Position numbers and translations under genes: made by a program. A DNA stretch of 64,000 nt from Candidatus Nomurabacteria bacterium (lineage in GTDB: Bacteria; Patescibacteriota; Minisyncoccia; Phycocordibacterales; UBA9973): contig JBAXFQ010000001.1 of assembly GCA_037139835.1 (NCBI GenBank), positions 12,780 to 76,779 of the forward strand. Reading direction: 5' to 3'. The notes below the pieces were generated by a model. It did not search any database. It was not told the origin of the DNA and saw only the letters and a program-made list of their open reading frames with translations. Positions 20,770-32,941 of the stretch are shown here, piece by piece; the stretch's first letter is position 1; each line of letters opens with the position of its first letter.

Positions 20770-22326
20770 ATGGAATTAAATAAAAAAAGATTTTTATGCG
20801 CGAAGGCTTTATTTATCGCCCTGTTTTTTTTTATTTGGTTATTATTTTTGCGTTTTAATTCAATAAATTCTCCTTTTATGAGAGACGAGGGTGAGTATGA
20901 TTATGCAGCACAGCTATTGCACGACGGGGGAGTTCCATACAAGGAATCATTTATGCAGAAGCCACCAATGATTATTTATACTTATTCTCTGGCTCAGACT
21001 TTTGGTGATAGTGTTTCTTTTCCTCGAATATTAGCTTTGATTTCACTTTTTCTAGCAGGTCTAATTTTGGCTGATATTTTAAGAAAAGAATATAATCCAA
21101 AGACGGCTGTAGTCTTTTTATTTCTTTTTTCGTCCCTGATATCTTTTTATCCCTTAGAGGGATTTTTTGCTCAACCCGAAATATTCTTATTGTTACCCTT
21201 AGCTATTTCACTATGGTGCTATTTCAAATGGAAATATACCAAAAGAGAACCCTGGCTTTATTTTATTGGATTTTTTGGCTTAATTTCAATACTCTATAAA
21301 CCAATAATACTATTAGCTGTATTTTTCATATTCTTATATATACTTTTATTTGAAATATTAAAAAATAAAGCCACTTTTTTAAAAATTATTAAGTATAGTT
21401 CGTTAATTTTCTTGGGAGGGTTATCTGCTACTCTTATAGTTATATTACCCATCTTTTTGAAAGGCGGACTGACCTACATGTGGGATTCAGCTTTTTATTA
21501 TAATTATTATTATGCATCATTTGTCGGCCTAAATTTTAGTAGAATATTTTCATTATTTATTTATTTATGGCCATACCTCTTATTAGTTTTATATTTTTAT
21601 ATTAAAGATAAAAAAAATAATATATTTTTTTTAGGTATATTATTTGGTAGTTTCTTTGGATCTTTTGGAAGTTTGCAGTTGCACTATTATCTTGTAACGA
21701 TACCAGTATTAGCCATGATTAGTTCTATCTCTATCGTCAACCTAGAGGAAAATTATAGCTCTTTTGTAAATAAAAATAGAAGAATTTTAATTACATTATT
21801 AATTTGTTTTTTTCTATTTTTTTTATTATTTTTTCAATTTAGAGATTATCTTTTTATAAAATCGAGAAATTTTACAGATTATTTTTTCCCAGAATGTTCA
21901 TTTGGTCAATCTGTGTTACTAGGTCAAGAACTAAAAAAGATTACAAAAGAAAACGATGGGATTTTTATTTTTGGCAATGAACCTGAGATATTATATTATG
22001 CCCATAGGAAAAGTGTCACTAGATTTATGATAACTTATCCAATTATACTTAAAACTAAGTTATCAAAAAGGTATGCATTGGAAGCATTGTCTGATCTCAA
22101 ACTAAATCCCCCTAAAGCTATTATTACTAATAGTAAACTAGATTTAAATATAACGGATACCCAAGGAGGCGACATTTATAGAAATACAATTATTAGTACG
22201 ATAAAGAATGAATATTATTTCGCAGGCCAAGTATATTCTGCCAAAGAAAGTAATAATTATGAATTTGGTTTTCCAATTAAGGATAATAATCACAATATGA
22301 ACTTATCAATTTATATTAAAAAATAG
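20770..22326 (+). CDS. GT-C fold glycosyltransferase of the ArnT/PMT type (GT83/GT39-like)
   Basis: 518 aa with more than 10 TM helices. The first extracytoplasmic loop RDEGEYDYAAQLL...KPPMIIY aligns with the ArnT/PMT DE-x-RYAE ... KPP motif. Confidence 0.6.
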   Translation: MELNKKRFLCAKALFIALFFFIWLLFLRFNSINSPFMRDEGEYDYAAQLLHDGGVPYKESFMQKPPMIIYTYSLAQTFGDSVSFPRILALISLFLAGLILADILRKEYNPKTAVVFLFLFSSLISFYPLEGFFAQPEIFLLLPLAISLWCYFKWKYTKREPWLYFIGFFGLISILYKPIILLAVFFIFLYILLFEILKNKATFLKIIKYSSLIFLGGLSATLIVILPIFLKGGLTYMWDSAFYYNYYYASFVGLNFSRIFSLFIYLWPYLLLVLYFYIKDKKNNIFFLGILFGSFFGSFGSLQLHYYLVTIPVLAMISSISIVNLEENYSSFVNKNRRILITLLICFFLFFLLFFQFRDYLFIKSRNFTDYFFPECSFGQSVLLGQELKKITKENDGIFIFGNEPEILYYAHRKSVTRFMITYPIILKTKLSKRYALEALSDLKLNPPKAIITNSKLDLNITDTQGGDIYRNTIISTIKNEYYFAGQVYSAKESNNYEFGFPIKDNNHNMNLSIYIKK

Positions 22327-22327
22327 A

Positions 22328-22717
22328 ATGTTAAATATATTCAAGGAAAATAAAATAGTCAGATATATCTTCTCAGGCGGAGTTGCTGTCTTTGCAAATC
22401 TTACTATTCTTTTTGTTTTAACAAAATATTTACATATGTTTTATTTAATATCGGCAATTATAGCATTTTGTTTTGGAGTATTGGTTAGTTATTCTCTGCA
22501 TAAATTTTGGACATTTAAAAATTATCTTATAGGGAATATGTCATCTCAATTTTATATTTTCTTTATTTATTCAATTTTAATTTTATGTTTAAATACAATA
22601 CTGATGTATCTTTCTGTTGATATTTTCGGTCTTTGGTATATTTTTTCTCAAGTAATCATTACCATCATTACTTCATTTATAAATTATTTATATTTTAGTA
22701 GAACTATTTTTATCTAA
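22328..22717 (+). CDS. GtrA-family protein (flippase-like)
   Basis: 129 aa with four TM helices and the RYIFSGGVAVFANL...KFWTFKN pattern. Confidence 0.65.
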   Translation: MLNIFKENKIVRYIFSGGVAVFANLTILFVLTKYLHMFYLISAIIAFCFGVLVSYSLHKFWTFKNYLIGNMSSQFYIFFIYSILILCLNTILMYLSVDIFGLWYIFSQVIITIITSFINYLYFSRTIFI

Positions 22718-22719
22718 TT

Positions 22720-23853
22720 ATGTCTAAAAAAACATTTTATCTTATCATTGTTATCTCTTTCGTAGTTTCATTATTTTTCCAATGGACTAGATGGAAGGAT
22801 TTATATTTTATCGACTCACATATGTGGGCTAGTCAAGCACAGTATGTCCAAACAAACGATGCAAGAGAATTCGATGCCAAGATGGCCTATGGTCATCCTG
22901 GTGGCACGGTAGTAGAGGGGGCTATTATCTTCCATGATATATTTAAGGTACCATATGAAGACTCTTTGATAATATTTATAACTATTTTTAATAGTCTAAT
23001 TATTTCAATTATCTGTCTACTTTGTTTTATTTTATACAAAAATCACTTATGGTGGATTATTACTTTATCTACTCTGGCTATGAATTCTGCTTATGATAAT
23101 GCTACCCCAACTTCAGCGATTGTAAGTCCACTTATGGTCCTTTTGACACTTTTAACTTTATATTTTTATAAGAATAAAGAAAAGATTAATATACCTTTAG
23201 TTCTATTTTTTTCTTTAGTTGTTGGATTAGCTTCGTCAACTAGACTTGATATTGGTGTTTTCTGTTCAGTATTTTTTATTGGTTTTTTGAAATATACAAA
23301 TACAATTGATTGGAAAAAATTATTCTATATAATTTTAGGTTCATTTACTACTTTTTGTATATTTGATCCATTTATGTGGTTTATGCCATTTCAGCACATA
23401 AAGGATCTAATAGCAAAAATAATTTTTCATTATAGTGAATTTTTACCTTACCATCTAACCTTCATGAGTGTTTTTATCTTATCAATGCTCACTATCATTA
23501 GTATTTCATTGGCAATATCTATAGTTTTGTTGAAAAATAAAATAAAATTATTAGTACCAGAAAATTTTATTAAAACCTTGATTGTTATGACTATAATTTT
23601 ATATATTATTTTTTTAACTTCACATTATCAGGCAGAACGATATTTTCAACCAATTATTTTTATTTGGGAAGTTTTACTACCATTATTTATATTTAATTTA
23701 ACAACTTATATTTCTCATTCTTTATCTTTTAAAATAGATAAATATATCAAATTTATAAAAGTTCTAAATTTTTCAATTTTTTTACTTCTTGTCAGTTATC
23801 ACTCATTTTTATTTTATATATGGTTTATTTTTGATAGAATAAGACTTGTATGA
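22720..23853 (+). CDS. Polytopic membrane protein of the glycosylation cassette (possible second GT-C-type transferase; unassigned)
   Basis: 377 aa with about 10 TM helices, translationally coupled to its neighbours. Confidence 0.4.
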   Translation: MSKKTFYLIIVISFVVSLFFQWTRWKDLYFIDSHMWASQAQYVQTNDAREFDAKMAYGHPGGTVVEGAIIFHDIFKVPYEDSLIIFITIFNSLIISIICLLCFILYKNHLWWIITLSTLAMNSAYDNATPTSAIVSPLMVLLTLLTLYFYKNKEKINIPLVLFFSLVVGLASSTRLDIGVFCSVFFIGFLKYTNTIDWKKLFYIILGSFTTFCIFDPFMWFMPFQHIKDLIAKIIFHYSEFLPYHLTFMSVFILSMLTIISISLAISIVLLKNKIKLLVPENFIKTLIVMTIILYIIFLTSHYQAERYFQPIIFIWEVLLPLFIFNLTTYISHSLSFKIDKYIKFIKVLNFSIFLLLVSYHSFLFYIWFIFDRIRLV

Positions 23854-24620
23854 ATAAATTAAAAGTGATAGTTGTAATGCCTGCTTATAATGCTGAAGCT
23901 ACCTTAGCTAAAACAATCGGAGATATACCATTTGATTATATTGATGAGATTATATTGGTTGATGATGCCTCGAGCGATAAAACCTCTGAGTTAGCCAAAG
24001 GCATAGCCACTAAGCATGATTTGTTGACTTTGGATTTAAATGATTACCTTATAGATGATTCTAAAATTTTATTTACAATAAAAAAACTTATTAAAAATAA
24101 AGGTTACGGAGGTAATCAAAAGGAATGTTATGATATAGCCCTCAGTCACGGGGCAGATATCGTAGTTATGCTACATCCAGACTATCAATATGATCCAAAG
24201 CTTATAAAATATTTTATTGAATATATAGAAGATGGTTATTTTGATACAGTTTTAGGTTCTAGAATTCGTAGTCGAAAAGAGACCTTAGCAGGGGGTATGC
24301 CTTTATATAAATACTATTCAAATAGGTTTCTTTCTCTTATTCAAAATATATCGAGCGGTCACAATCTTTCAGAATGGCATACTGGGATGAGAGCTTACAA
24401 AAAAGAAGTATTAGAGAATATAAAATATGATAAATTCTCAGATGATTTTATATTTGATACTCAAATGTTATTTTCTATAATTAAAAAGGGTTATATGGTG
24501 GGGGATATACCAGTCCCAGTTCGGTATTTCAAGGAGGCTTCTTCTATTAATTTCAAAAGAAGCTTTAAGTATGGAGTTTATACTCTTTGGGAAACTATTA
24601 AATTTATACTAAATAAGTAA
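23850..24620 (+). CDS. GT2 glycosyltransferase (polyprenyl-phosphate sugar synthase, GtrB/DPM-synthase-like)
   Basis: VVMPAYNAEATL ... LVDDASSDKT ... and the DxD region, with an approximately 35-aa insertion after the first Rossmann strand. Confidence 0.75.
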   Translation: MNKLKVIVVMPAYNAEATLAKTIGDIPFDYIDEIILVDDASSDKTSELAKGIATKHDLLTLDLNDYLIDDSKILFTIKKLIKNKGYGGNQKECYDIALSHGADIVVMLHPDYQYDPKLIKYFIEYIEDGYFDTVLGSRIRSRKETLAGGMPLYKYYSNRFLSLIQNISSGHNLSEWHTGMRAYKKEVLENIKYDKFSDDFIFDTQMLFSIIKKGYMVGDIPVPVRYFKEASSINFKRSFKYGVYTLWETIKFILNK

Positions 24621-24715
24621 TAGAATTTTGTCTATATTAGTCTTTTGTTTGAATAAATAAAATAAGTTTTTTGCCTATACCAAAATTTACAACAGGATGG
24701 TATAATCAATGGTAT

Positions 24716-25528
24716 ATGAACATACTTATCTTCGTTTTTATTTTTTTACTCGGAACCATTATTGGTAGTTTTTTGAATGTTGTTATTTATAGATTTAATA
24801 CTGGTAAATCAATAGTAAGAGGTAGGTCTATCTGCATGACTTGCAATAGAACTCTCCGTTGGTACGAGCTCATCCCTGTCTTCTCTTATTTATTTCAGCT
24901 TGGTAAATGTCGTCGTTGTGCCGAGAAGATATCTCATCAATATCCGATAGTAGAGTTATTGACTGGTCTTTTATTTGTTTTAATTTCATATCATTTTTTA
25001 TCCATATTAATGTTTTCGCCTTTTTCTTATGTTTTTCTTGTTACTTTTTATGTTTTCATCTTCTCACTTCTTATTGTTATTTCTGTCTATGATCTACGTC
25101 ATAAAATAATACCAGATATTTTAGTATATTTATTTTCTTTTATTTCTTTTTTATCTATTTTTATAAGCCATTCTATTTTTGGTAGTTTATTTATTAAGCC
25201 AGACTTTTCTTCTCTTATAGCAGGACCGTTACTAGCTTTGCCTTTTGCTTTGATTTGGTTCGTTTCTAAGGGTAAGTGGATGGGATTAGGGGATGCCAAG
25301 CTCATGCTCGGTATCGGATGGATACTAGGTATATATCAAGGTTTAGCTGCGATAATTTTAGCTTTTTGGATAGGATCTATCATTAGTCTTACTTTTATGT
25401 ATATTTCAAAGAAGAAAATAAATATGAAGACAGAAATTCCTTTTGCTCCTTTCCTCATATTAAGTTTATTGATTGTATTTTTATTTAATATAAATGTTTT
25501 TTCATTGTCTGCATTGTTTCGATTTTAA
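24716..25528 (+). CDS. pilD: Prepilin peptidase PilD (A24 family)
   Basis: Zn-binding CMTCNRTL...CRRC tetrad and catalytic Asp-containing TM segments. Start is set at MNILIFVFIF; the listed ORF starts at 24671. Confidence 0.8.
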   Translation: MNILIFVFIFLLGTIIGSFLNVVIYRFNTGKSIVRGRSICMTCNRTLRWYELIPVFSYLFQLGKCRRCAEKISHQYPIVELLTGLLFVLISYHFLSILMFSPFSYVFLVTFYVFIFSLLIVISVYDLRHKIIPDILVYLFSFISFLSIFISHSIFGSLFIKPDFSSLIAGPLLALPFALIWFVSKGKWMGLGDAKLMLGIGWILGIYQGLAAIILAFWIGSIISLTFMYISKKKINMKTEIPFAPFLILSLLIVFLFNINVFSLSALFRF

Positions 25529-25543
25529 TTTTATTTACTTTTA

Positions 25544-26248
25544 ATGTATAAAAAAAATTACATAAAAATAATAAAAAATATTTCAAATATCAAGGGTTTG
25601 ACTTTGGTGGAGTTGATTGTAGTTATATCGATTTTTATGATTATTACATCGGTGGCGATTTTTAATTATGGTAATTTTAATTCAACAGTCTCACTTCAGA
25701 ATCTTACTGATGATATAGCATTATCTATACGTAAGGCTCAGGGCTTTGCTATTGGAGCTCGTGGAGTGGAGGAGGGTGTGGGACCTGATAAAGTATTTAA
25801 CTTCAATAATAGTTATGGTATGCATTTTTCTGTAGATCCTAATCCTACAGGATCTTTGTCTGGGTCCAATAAATCATTTCTAATGTTTACCGTACCGATA
25901 CCTGTAGATAAATCTACTGTATATGATAAAAAATATGTATATGATGAAAGTGCGAATGCAGTCTGTAACGATGGTGTGAATAAATGTGTAGAATTATTTA
26001 ACATAAATACCATAGATGAGATAAAAGATATAAAGATAGATGGTGTATCAAAAGCTTCAGGGTCTATAGATATTGTATTCACTCGTCCAGATCCTAGGGC
26101 TAATTTTTGCTATAGGACTAGCTTGTCTAGTTCTTGTAATTCCGATATTTCAGATGTAGAGATAGTTTTATCAAACGGTCAAACAGATGAACAATTTAGA
26201 ACCAAGACTATAACTATACAAAATACAGGACAAATAAGTATTCAATAA
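25544..26248 (+). CDS. Minor pilin / pseudopilin
   Basis: Prepilin N-terminus NIKG|LTLVELIVVISIF. Confidence 0.7.
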   Translation: MYKKNYIKIIKNISNIKGLTLVELIVVISIFMIITSVAIFNYGNFNSTVSLQNLTDDIALSIRKAQGFAIGARGVEEGVGPDKVFNFNNSYGMHFSVDPNPTGSLSGSNKSFLMFTVPIPVDKSTVYDKKYVYDESANAVCNDGVNKCVELFNINTIDEIKDIKIDGVSKASGSIDIVFTRPDPRANFCYRTSLSSSCNSDISDVEIVLSNGQTDEQFRTKTITIQNTGQISIQ

Positions 26249-26252
26249 TATT

Positions 26253-26912
26253 ATGATTAAAATTATTAGAAAAAATAAAAACGAAAGGTTTATTCAAACA
26301 TCAAATTTTAAAAATGGAACAAATTTGATATCGGGCTTTACTTTGATAGAACTGATGATAGCTACCACTCTATTTACTATTATCATGATGATGGGAGTAG
26401 GTTCATTGGTGGTCTCTTCTAACTCTGCTAAATCTGCTCAGAAGCTTAGAATTTCCGTCGATAATGTAAACTTTGCTATGGAAATTATGACACGCGAGCT
26501 TCGCATGGGGACTCATTATTATTGCGTAACTACTAATCAATATCTGATGGGGGAGACAACAAGAGAAGGTGACTGTGAAGAAGGTGGTAATGTAGTCGAG
26601 TTTGATTCTCCTGTTGATCAGTTGGGTTCGACTCACAGGATTGCGTATTATAAAGAGGAGAGATCTACTCCTGATGGTATAGGTACTTATACATTAAAAA
26701 GATGCGAAGGTGTAAATAAATGTGTAGATATAGTATCTAGAGATGTTAATATTGATATCTTAAAATTTTATGTAAGAGGTTCGAAATTTGACGATAATAT
26801 CCAGCCAAGTGTTCGAATATTGATAAGAGGTAAGGTTACAATTAAAGGAATAGAAAAGACATTTTCTTTGCAGACGATGGCTTCACAACGCTCAACAGAA
26901 ACAACATTATAA
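26253..26912 (+). CDS. Minor pilin / pseudopilin
   Basis: Prepilin motif LISG|FTLIELMIATTLF. Confidence 0.7.
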   Translation: MIKIIRKNKNERFIQTSNFKNGTNLISGFTLIELMIATTLFTIIMMMGVGSLVVSSNSAKSAQKLRISVDNVNFAMEIMTRELRMGTHYYCVTTNQYLMGETTREGDCEEGGNVVEFDSPVDQLGSTHRIAYYKEERSTPDGIGTYTLKRCEGVNKCVDIVSRDVNIDILKFYVRGSKFDDNIQPSVRILIRGKVTIKGIEKTFSLQTMASQRSTETTL

Positions 26913-26913
26913 T

Positions 26914-27519
26914 ATGAATTATTTTAATAGAAAAAATAAAAATAGCGGTTTTACAATCATCGAAGCGATGGTGGCTATATTTATTTTGTCCGTATCTGTA
27001 GCTACGATGCTCGGTATTACAGCTTCGAGTGCAGCTTCAGCTCGCTATGCGAACAATGAAATTACTGCAAATTATCTTTTACAAGAAGCAGTAGACTCTA
27101 TAAGGAATAGCCGAGATACTATGGTATTTCAGCATAAATTATCATGGACAGATTTTCTAAATAGATATGGTTATGCAGGTAATACTAAATGTTTTCCATA
27201 TGAAGGTAACGGTTGTTTTTTATTAATAGAGAATTTCGATCCAGCAAATGTTACAGGTGATGATGTAGAGAATTGCGATGCAGGTATTTGCCCGAATTTT
27301 TTTTACGATAATGAACCAAATAACAACAAGACATTTTATAATTATACTAGTTCGACAGGATACATAGGTGAATTCAGAAGAACTATAAATATGGATGTGG
27401 ATAGTAATGCCCCGGATCAGTTGAAAGTCACTGTAAATGTTGAATGGTATAACGGAAGTGAGACAAATAAAAGATCTCAATCTTTAACATTTTATTTATT
27501 GAATTGGCAGAAAAGTTAA
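26914..27519 (+). CDS. Minor pilin / pseudopilin
   Basis: KNSG|FTIIEAMVAIFILSV. Confidence 0.7.
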   Translation: MNYFNRKNKNSGFTIIEAMVAIFILSVSVATMLGITASSAASARYANNEITANYLLQEAVDSIRNSRDTMVFQHKLSWTDFLNRYGYAGNTKCFPYEGNGCFLLIENFDPANVTGDDVENCDAGICPNFFYDNEPNNNKTFYNYTSSTGYIGEFRRTINMDVDSNAPDQLKVTVNVEWYNGSETNKRSQSLTFYLLNWQKS

Positions 27520-27522
27520 TTT

Positions 27523-27999
27523 ATGAAAAATATTAAAGCCAAAAAAGAAAATAAAGGATATGCTATATTATTTACTGTCGTAGTGGTTGGTATTATTTCA
27601 GCTATTACTTTCGGACTTACAAATGCAGCCTATAAGCAAATGATGCTATCGTCAGTGGCTAGAGATTCCACTTCAGCTTTTTATCAAGCCGATATCGCTA
27701 CAGAGTGTGCTATGTATGCCGATAATTTGGATTTTTTAACAAGTACTAATAATTTAACTACTTTTACATGTGGTGGTACCACTATGAAATATTCTTATAC
27801 TGCAGGTACTACAAATAATACTTCACTTTATCAGTTGTCTCCTCAAAATGAGTCTTCGACTGGAAAATGCTTTAGGGTGGATGTGACTAAGACTGATAAT
27901 GATGTTTTGATTACTACAAAAGTTGAAGCCTTGGGTTATAATATATGTAATAAAAATAATTTCAGGACAGTTGAACGTGCAATTGAAGTTAATTATTAA
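27523..27999 (+). CDS. Pilin-like protein lacking Glu+5 (PilX-like)
   Basis: ENKG|YAILFTVVVVGIIS. It follows the minor pilin trio. Confidence 0.5.
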   Translation: MKNIKAKKENKGYAILFTVVVVGIISAITFGLTNAAYKQMMLSSVARDSTSAFYQADIATECAMYADNLDFLTSTNNLTTFTCGGTTMKYSYTAGTTNNTSLYQLSPQNESSTGKCFRVDVTKTDNDVLITTKVEALGYNICNKNNFRTVERAIEVNY

Positions 28000-28005
28000 A
28001 AATAG

Positions 28006-30135
<2,130 letters not shown>

Positions 30136-30153
30136 ATATGTTATTCTAAAATC

Positions 30154-30447
30154 ATGACCTTAGAAGATATTAAAAAATTAGCAGACTTAGCTCGTATAGA
30201 TATGAGCGATGAAGAGATGGAGGGTATGGCCAAAGATTTTGACCCTATTTTGGCATATGTTGGGCAAATCCAAGAAGTATCAAAGTTGGGCATTGAAGAT
30301 ACTATCCACTCTCCCGAAAATTATAAATTACAAAATATAATGCGTGAGGATGTGGCTACAAATACTAGAGGCGAATATACAGACTCAATTATGAAAAATG
30401 CTCCAGATACTGAGAATGGATTTATAAAAGTTAAACAAATACTATGA
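30154..30447 (+). CDS. gatC: Glu/Asp-tRNA amidotransferase subunit C
   Basis: 97 aa with LARIDMSDEE...; overlaps gatA by ATGA. Confidence 0.8.
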   Translation: MTLEDIKKLADLARIDMSDEEMEGMAKDFDPILAYVGQIQEVSKLGIEDTIHSPENYKLQNIMREDVATNTRGEYTDSIMKNAPDTENGFIKVKQIL

Positions 30448-31859
30448 TTGATTTAAGAAACCTTACAATTAAAAAAGCTCATGACCATTTTAAAAATGGT
30501 GATTTTACAGTCACAGATTTGGTAAATGAGTATTTGAAAGTTATAAAAGAAAAGAATGGAGATATCAATGCCTATTTAGAAGTTTATAATGATGTGCTCA
30601 ATCAAGCGAAAGAAGCAGAAGAAAAGTTTAAAAATGGTACTGCTACTTTGATGACAGGAATTCCAATCGCACTTAAAGATAATATGCTTTATAAGGGGCA
30701 TATAGCAAGTGCTTCTTCTAAGATATTAGAGAATTATGTTGCTACGTATGATTCATCTATTGTTAAACAGCTAAAAAGTCAGGGTGTAGTCTTCTTGGGT
30801 AGGACGAATATGGATGAATTTGCTATGGGTTCATCTACTGAAACGAGTGCATATGGAAATACTAAAAATCCAATAGATACAAGTAGAGTCCCTGGTGGTT
30901 CTTCGGGTGGTTCTGTCGCTGCTTTGGCTATGGATGGAGCATTGGTCTCACTAGGAAGTGATACTGGTGGTTCAATACGTCAGCCAGCTGCCTTTTGCGG
31001 TCTAGTCGGATTAAAGCCTACATATGGAGCTGTTTCTAGATACGGTATTATCTCTATGGGTAGTTCACTTGATCAAGTTGGAACTTTTGGAAAAAATGTT
31101 GAAGATGCCGAGATACTTTTCAATACAATAAATGACTATGATGAAAAAGATAGTACTTCAGTAAAAAAGGAAGAAAGACTATCTCCATCTCCATTAAAAA
31201 AGAAAATAGGCGTACCAAGATCTTTTCTTTCTGGGGACGGAATAGAAAGTGATATCCTTAAAAATTTTGAAGAGAATTGCAAAAGGTTAGAAAAAGCTGG
31301 ATATGAGATAGTAGATATATCTCTACCTCTTATTAAATATTCATTAGCTGTTTACTATATTATTTCTCCAGCAGAAGTATCTAGTAATCTAGCTCGTTAT
31401 GATGGTATTCGCTATGGTCTACATGAAGAAGCTGACAAACTTTATGAAGTATATACAAAAAGTCGCGGAAAAGGTTTTGGTAAAGAAGTTCGTCGCCGTA
31501 TCTTACTAGGTACTTATATTCTTTCTCATGGTTATTATGATGCATATTACAATACTGCTATTAAAGTAAGACATGCTATCAAAGAAGAATTAAAAAATGC
31601 CTTTAAAGAAGTAGATGCTATCATCACTCCGACTTCTCCTTTTATGCCTTTTAAATTCGGCGAAAAACTTGCGGACCCTGTAGGTATGTATCTATCAGAT
31701 TTATTTTCTGTTCCTGCCAATATTGCTGACATCCCGGCTATCTCTATACCATCAGGTAAAAATTCTGAAGGTTTACCATTTGGTCTTCATATAATGGCTC
31801 CTCTCTTCCGTGAAGATATTCTATTTACTATAGGTAAAGATTTTGAAAAATTGGTTTAA
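30444..31859 (+). CDS. gatA: Glu/Asp-tRNA amidotransferase subunit A (amidase)
   Basis: Amidase signature GGSSGGS and the Ser-cisSer-Lys triad context. Confidence 0.9.
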   Translation: MIDLRNLTIKKAHDHFKNGDFTVTDLVNEYLKVIKEKNGDINAYLEVYNDVLNQAKEAEEKFKNGTATLMTGIPIALKDNMLYKGHIASASSKILENYVATYDSSIVKQLKSQGVVFLGRTNMDEFAMGSSTETSAYGNTKNPIDTSRVPGGSSGGSVAALAMDGALVSLGSDTGGSIRQPAAFCGLVGLKPTYGAVSRYGIISMGSSLDQVGTFGKNVEDAEILFNTINDYDEKDSTSVKKEERLSPSPLKKKIGVPRSFLSGDGIESDILKNFEENCKRLEKAGYEIVDISLPLIKYSLAVYYIISPAEVSSNLARYDGIRYGLHEEADKLYEVYTKSRGKGFGKEVRRRILLGTYILSHGYYDAYYNTAIKVRHAIKEELKNAFKEVDAIITPTSPFMPFKFGEKLADPVGMYLSDLFSVPANIADIPAISIPSGKNSEGLPFGLHIMAPLFREDILFTIGKDFEKLV

Positions 31860-31908
31860 TTTTGTTAAAACTTTATTTAAGTTTTTTTACAGAGTATAAT
31901 AAAAAAGT

Positions 31909-32523
31909 ATGCAATTAACAAACGGAGTACAAGCCATAGTAGATAAACCTCTATTTGATCCAACCTATTTAAATATAGAGTATGTTTTCAATAAGATAGC
32001 AAGCTCTATCCAACCAACCATTAATCTTCTTACTAATCCGAGTACTTGGGGGACCTTGGGTACTGTATCGGCTATTGTTTCTATTATTTTTCTTTCGATA
32101 ATAATTTTTTCTTTAGTTCGAATGTATGAAATACAAGTTTTCGACAAGAAAGAAATTGAACATGAGATTAGTCATGCTTTAGCTAAGATTAAAGAGAGAG
32201 ATCGAGAATTAAACCCACGATGGAAATACATTTTAACTTTACTAGAAAGTCCCAATGAGTCTGACTGGAGAGTTGCCATAATAGAATCAGATACTTTACT
32301 TGAAGAAGCTTTTAGAGAGAGAGGTTTAGTGGGGAATACTATGTCTGAACTTTTAGAAGAAGCCAAGATGAATGGCTATGCAAGTATTCAAAGTGCTTGG
32401 GATGCACACTTGGTTCGTAATAAGATTGCTCATGAAGGTTTGAATTATCCTATAACTCAAGTAGAAGGAAGAAGAGTGATAAAATTATATCAAAATGTTT
32501 TTGAAGACTTACAGGTTATATAA
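31909..32523 (+). CDS. Hypothetical membrane-anchored protein
   Basis: 204 aa with one TM helix and no recognisable motif. Confidence 0.45.
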   Translation: MQLTNGVQAIVDKPLFDPTYLNIEYVFNKIASSIQPTINLLTNPSTWGTLGTVSAIVSIIFLSIIIFSLVRMYEIQVFDKKEIEHEISHALAKIKERDRELNPRWKYILTLLESPNESDWRVAIIESDTLLEEAFRERGLVGNTMSELLEEAKMNGYASIQSAWDAHLVRNKIAHEGLNYPITQVEGRRVIKLYQNVFEDLQVI

Positions 32524-32552
32524 AAAAGAGTAGCAAATGCTACTCTTTTTTT
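32524..32552 (+). terminator. Rho-independent terminator
   Basis: agagtagca aat tgctactct followed by TTTTTTT. Confidence 0.7.
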
Positions 32553-32570
32553 ATTTGCGCGGTCGACCGG
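32553..32570 (-). pseudogene. Fragment identical to the 3' acceptor end of tRNA-Asp (TCCGGTCGACCGCGCA in the tRNA sense)
   Basis: An 18-nt direct repeat of the tRNA-Asp 3' end, located 150 nt downstream of the intact gene. Confidence 0.5.
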
Positions 32571-32648
32571 AATCTTTCGCCCTACGGTCTTACCAATAAG
32601 TGATTCTGCTGAATCAGGTACTTTTCCATCTTCAATAAGGAAAAGTTT

Positions 32649-32716
32649 TTCAAGTCCGGTCGTTAGCAAAGCAGTTTGCTAACTCGACCTCATAAAAAGC
32701 CTCTTTCGAGGCTTTT
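32649..32716. repeat. Inverted tRNA-Asp T-arm fragment (TTCAAGTCCGGTCG) plus two perfect hairpins (gttagcaaa..tttgctaac and aaaaagcctc..gaggcttttt)
   Basis: Direct reading of the sequence. Confidence 0.5.
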
Positions 32717-32723
32717 TCTTTTG

Positions 32724-32797
32724 CGCGGTCGACCGGACTTGAACCGGCAACCTCTCACGTGACAGGCGAGTGCTCTAACCAGTTGAGCTACGACCGC
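32724..32797 (-). tRNA. tRNA-Asp (GUC)
   Basis: Hand fold: acceptor GCGGTCG/CGACCGC, anticodon loop CTGTCAC, T-loop TTCAAGT and G73. Confidence 0.8.
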
Positions 32798-32848
32798 AAA
32801 TTTTTCTAAACTATAACTTTTATAAACCAAACAATATAACTTTGCCAA

Positions 32849-32892
32849 GGCGAGTGCTCACTATATTCTAATTGAAGTTGAGCTACGACCGC
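32849..32892 (-). pseudogene. Degenerate copy of the 5' half of tRNA-Asp (acceptor + D-arm)
   Basis: GCGGTCGTAGCTCAACTTCAATTAGAATATAGTGAGCACTCGCC, compared with the tRNA-Asp 5' half GCGGTCGTAGCTCAACTGGTTAGAGCACTCGCC. Confidence 0.5.
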
Positions 32893-32941
32893 AAATACCT
32901 AACTAACATAACATAAAATAGAAAATAATTCTATCCTATTG

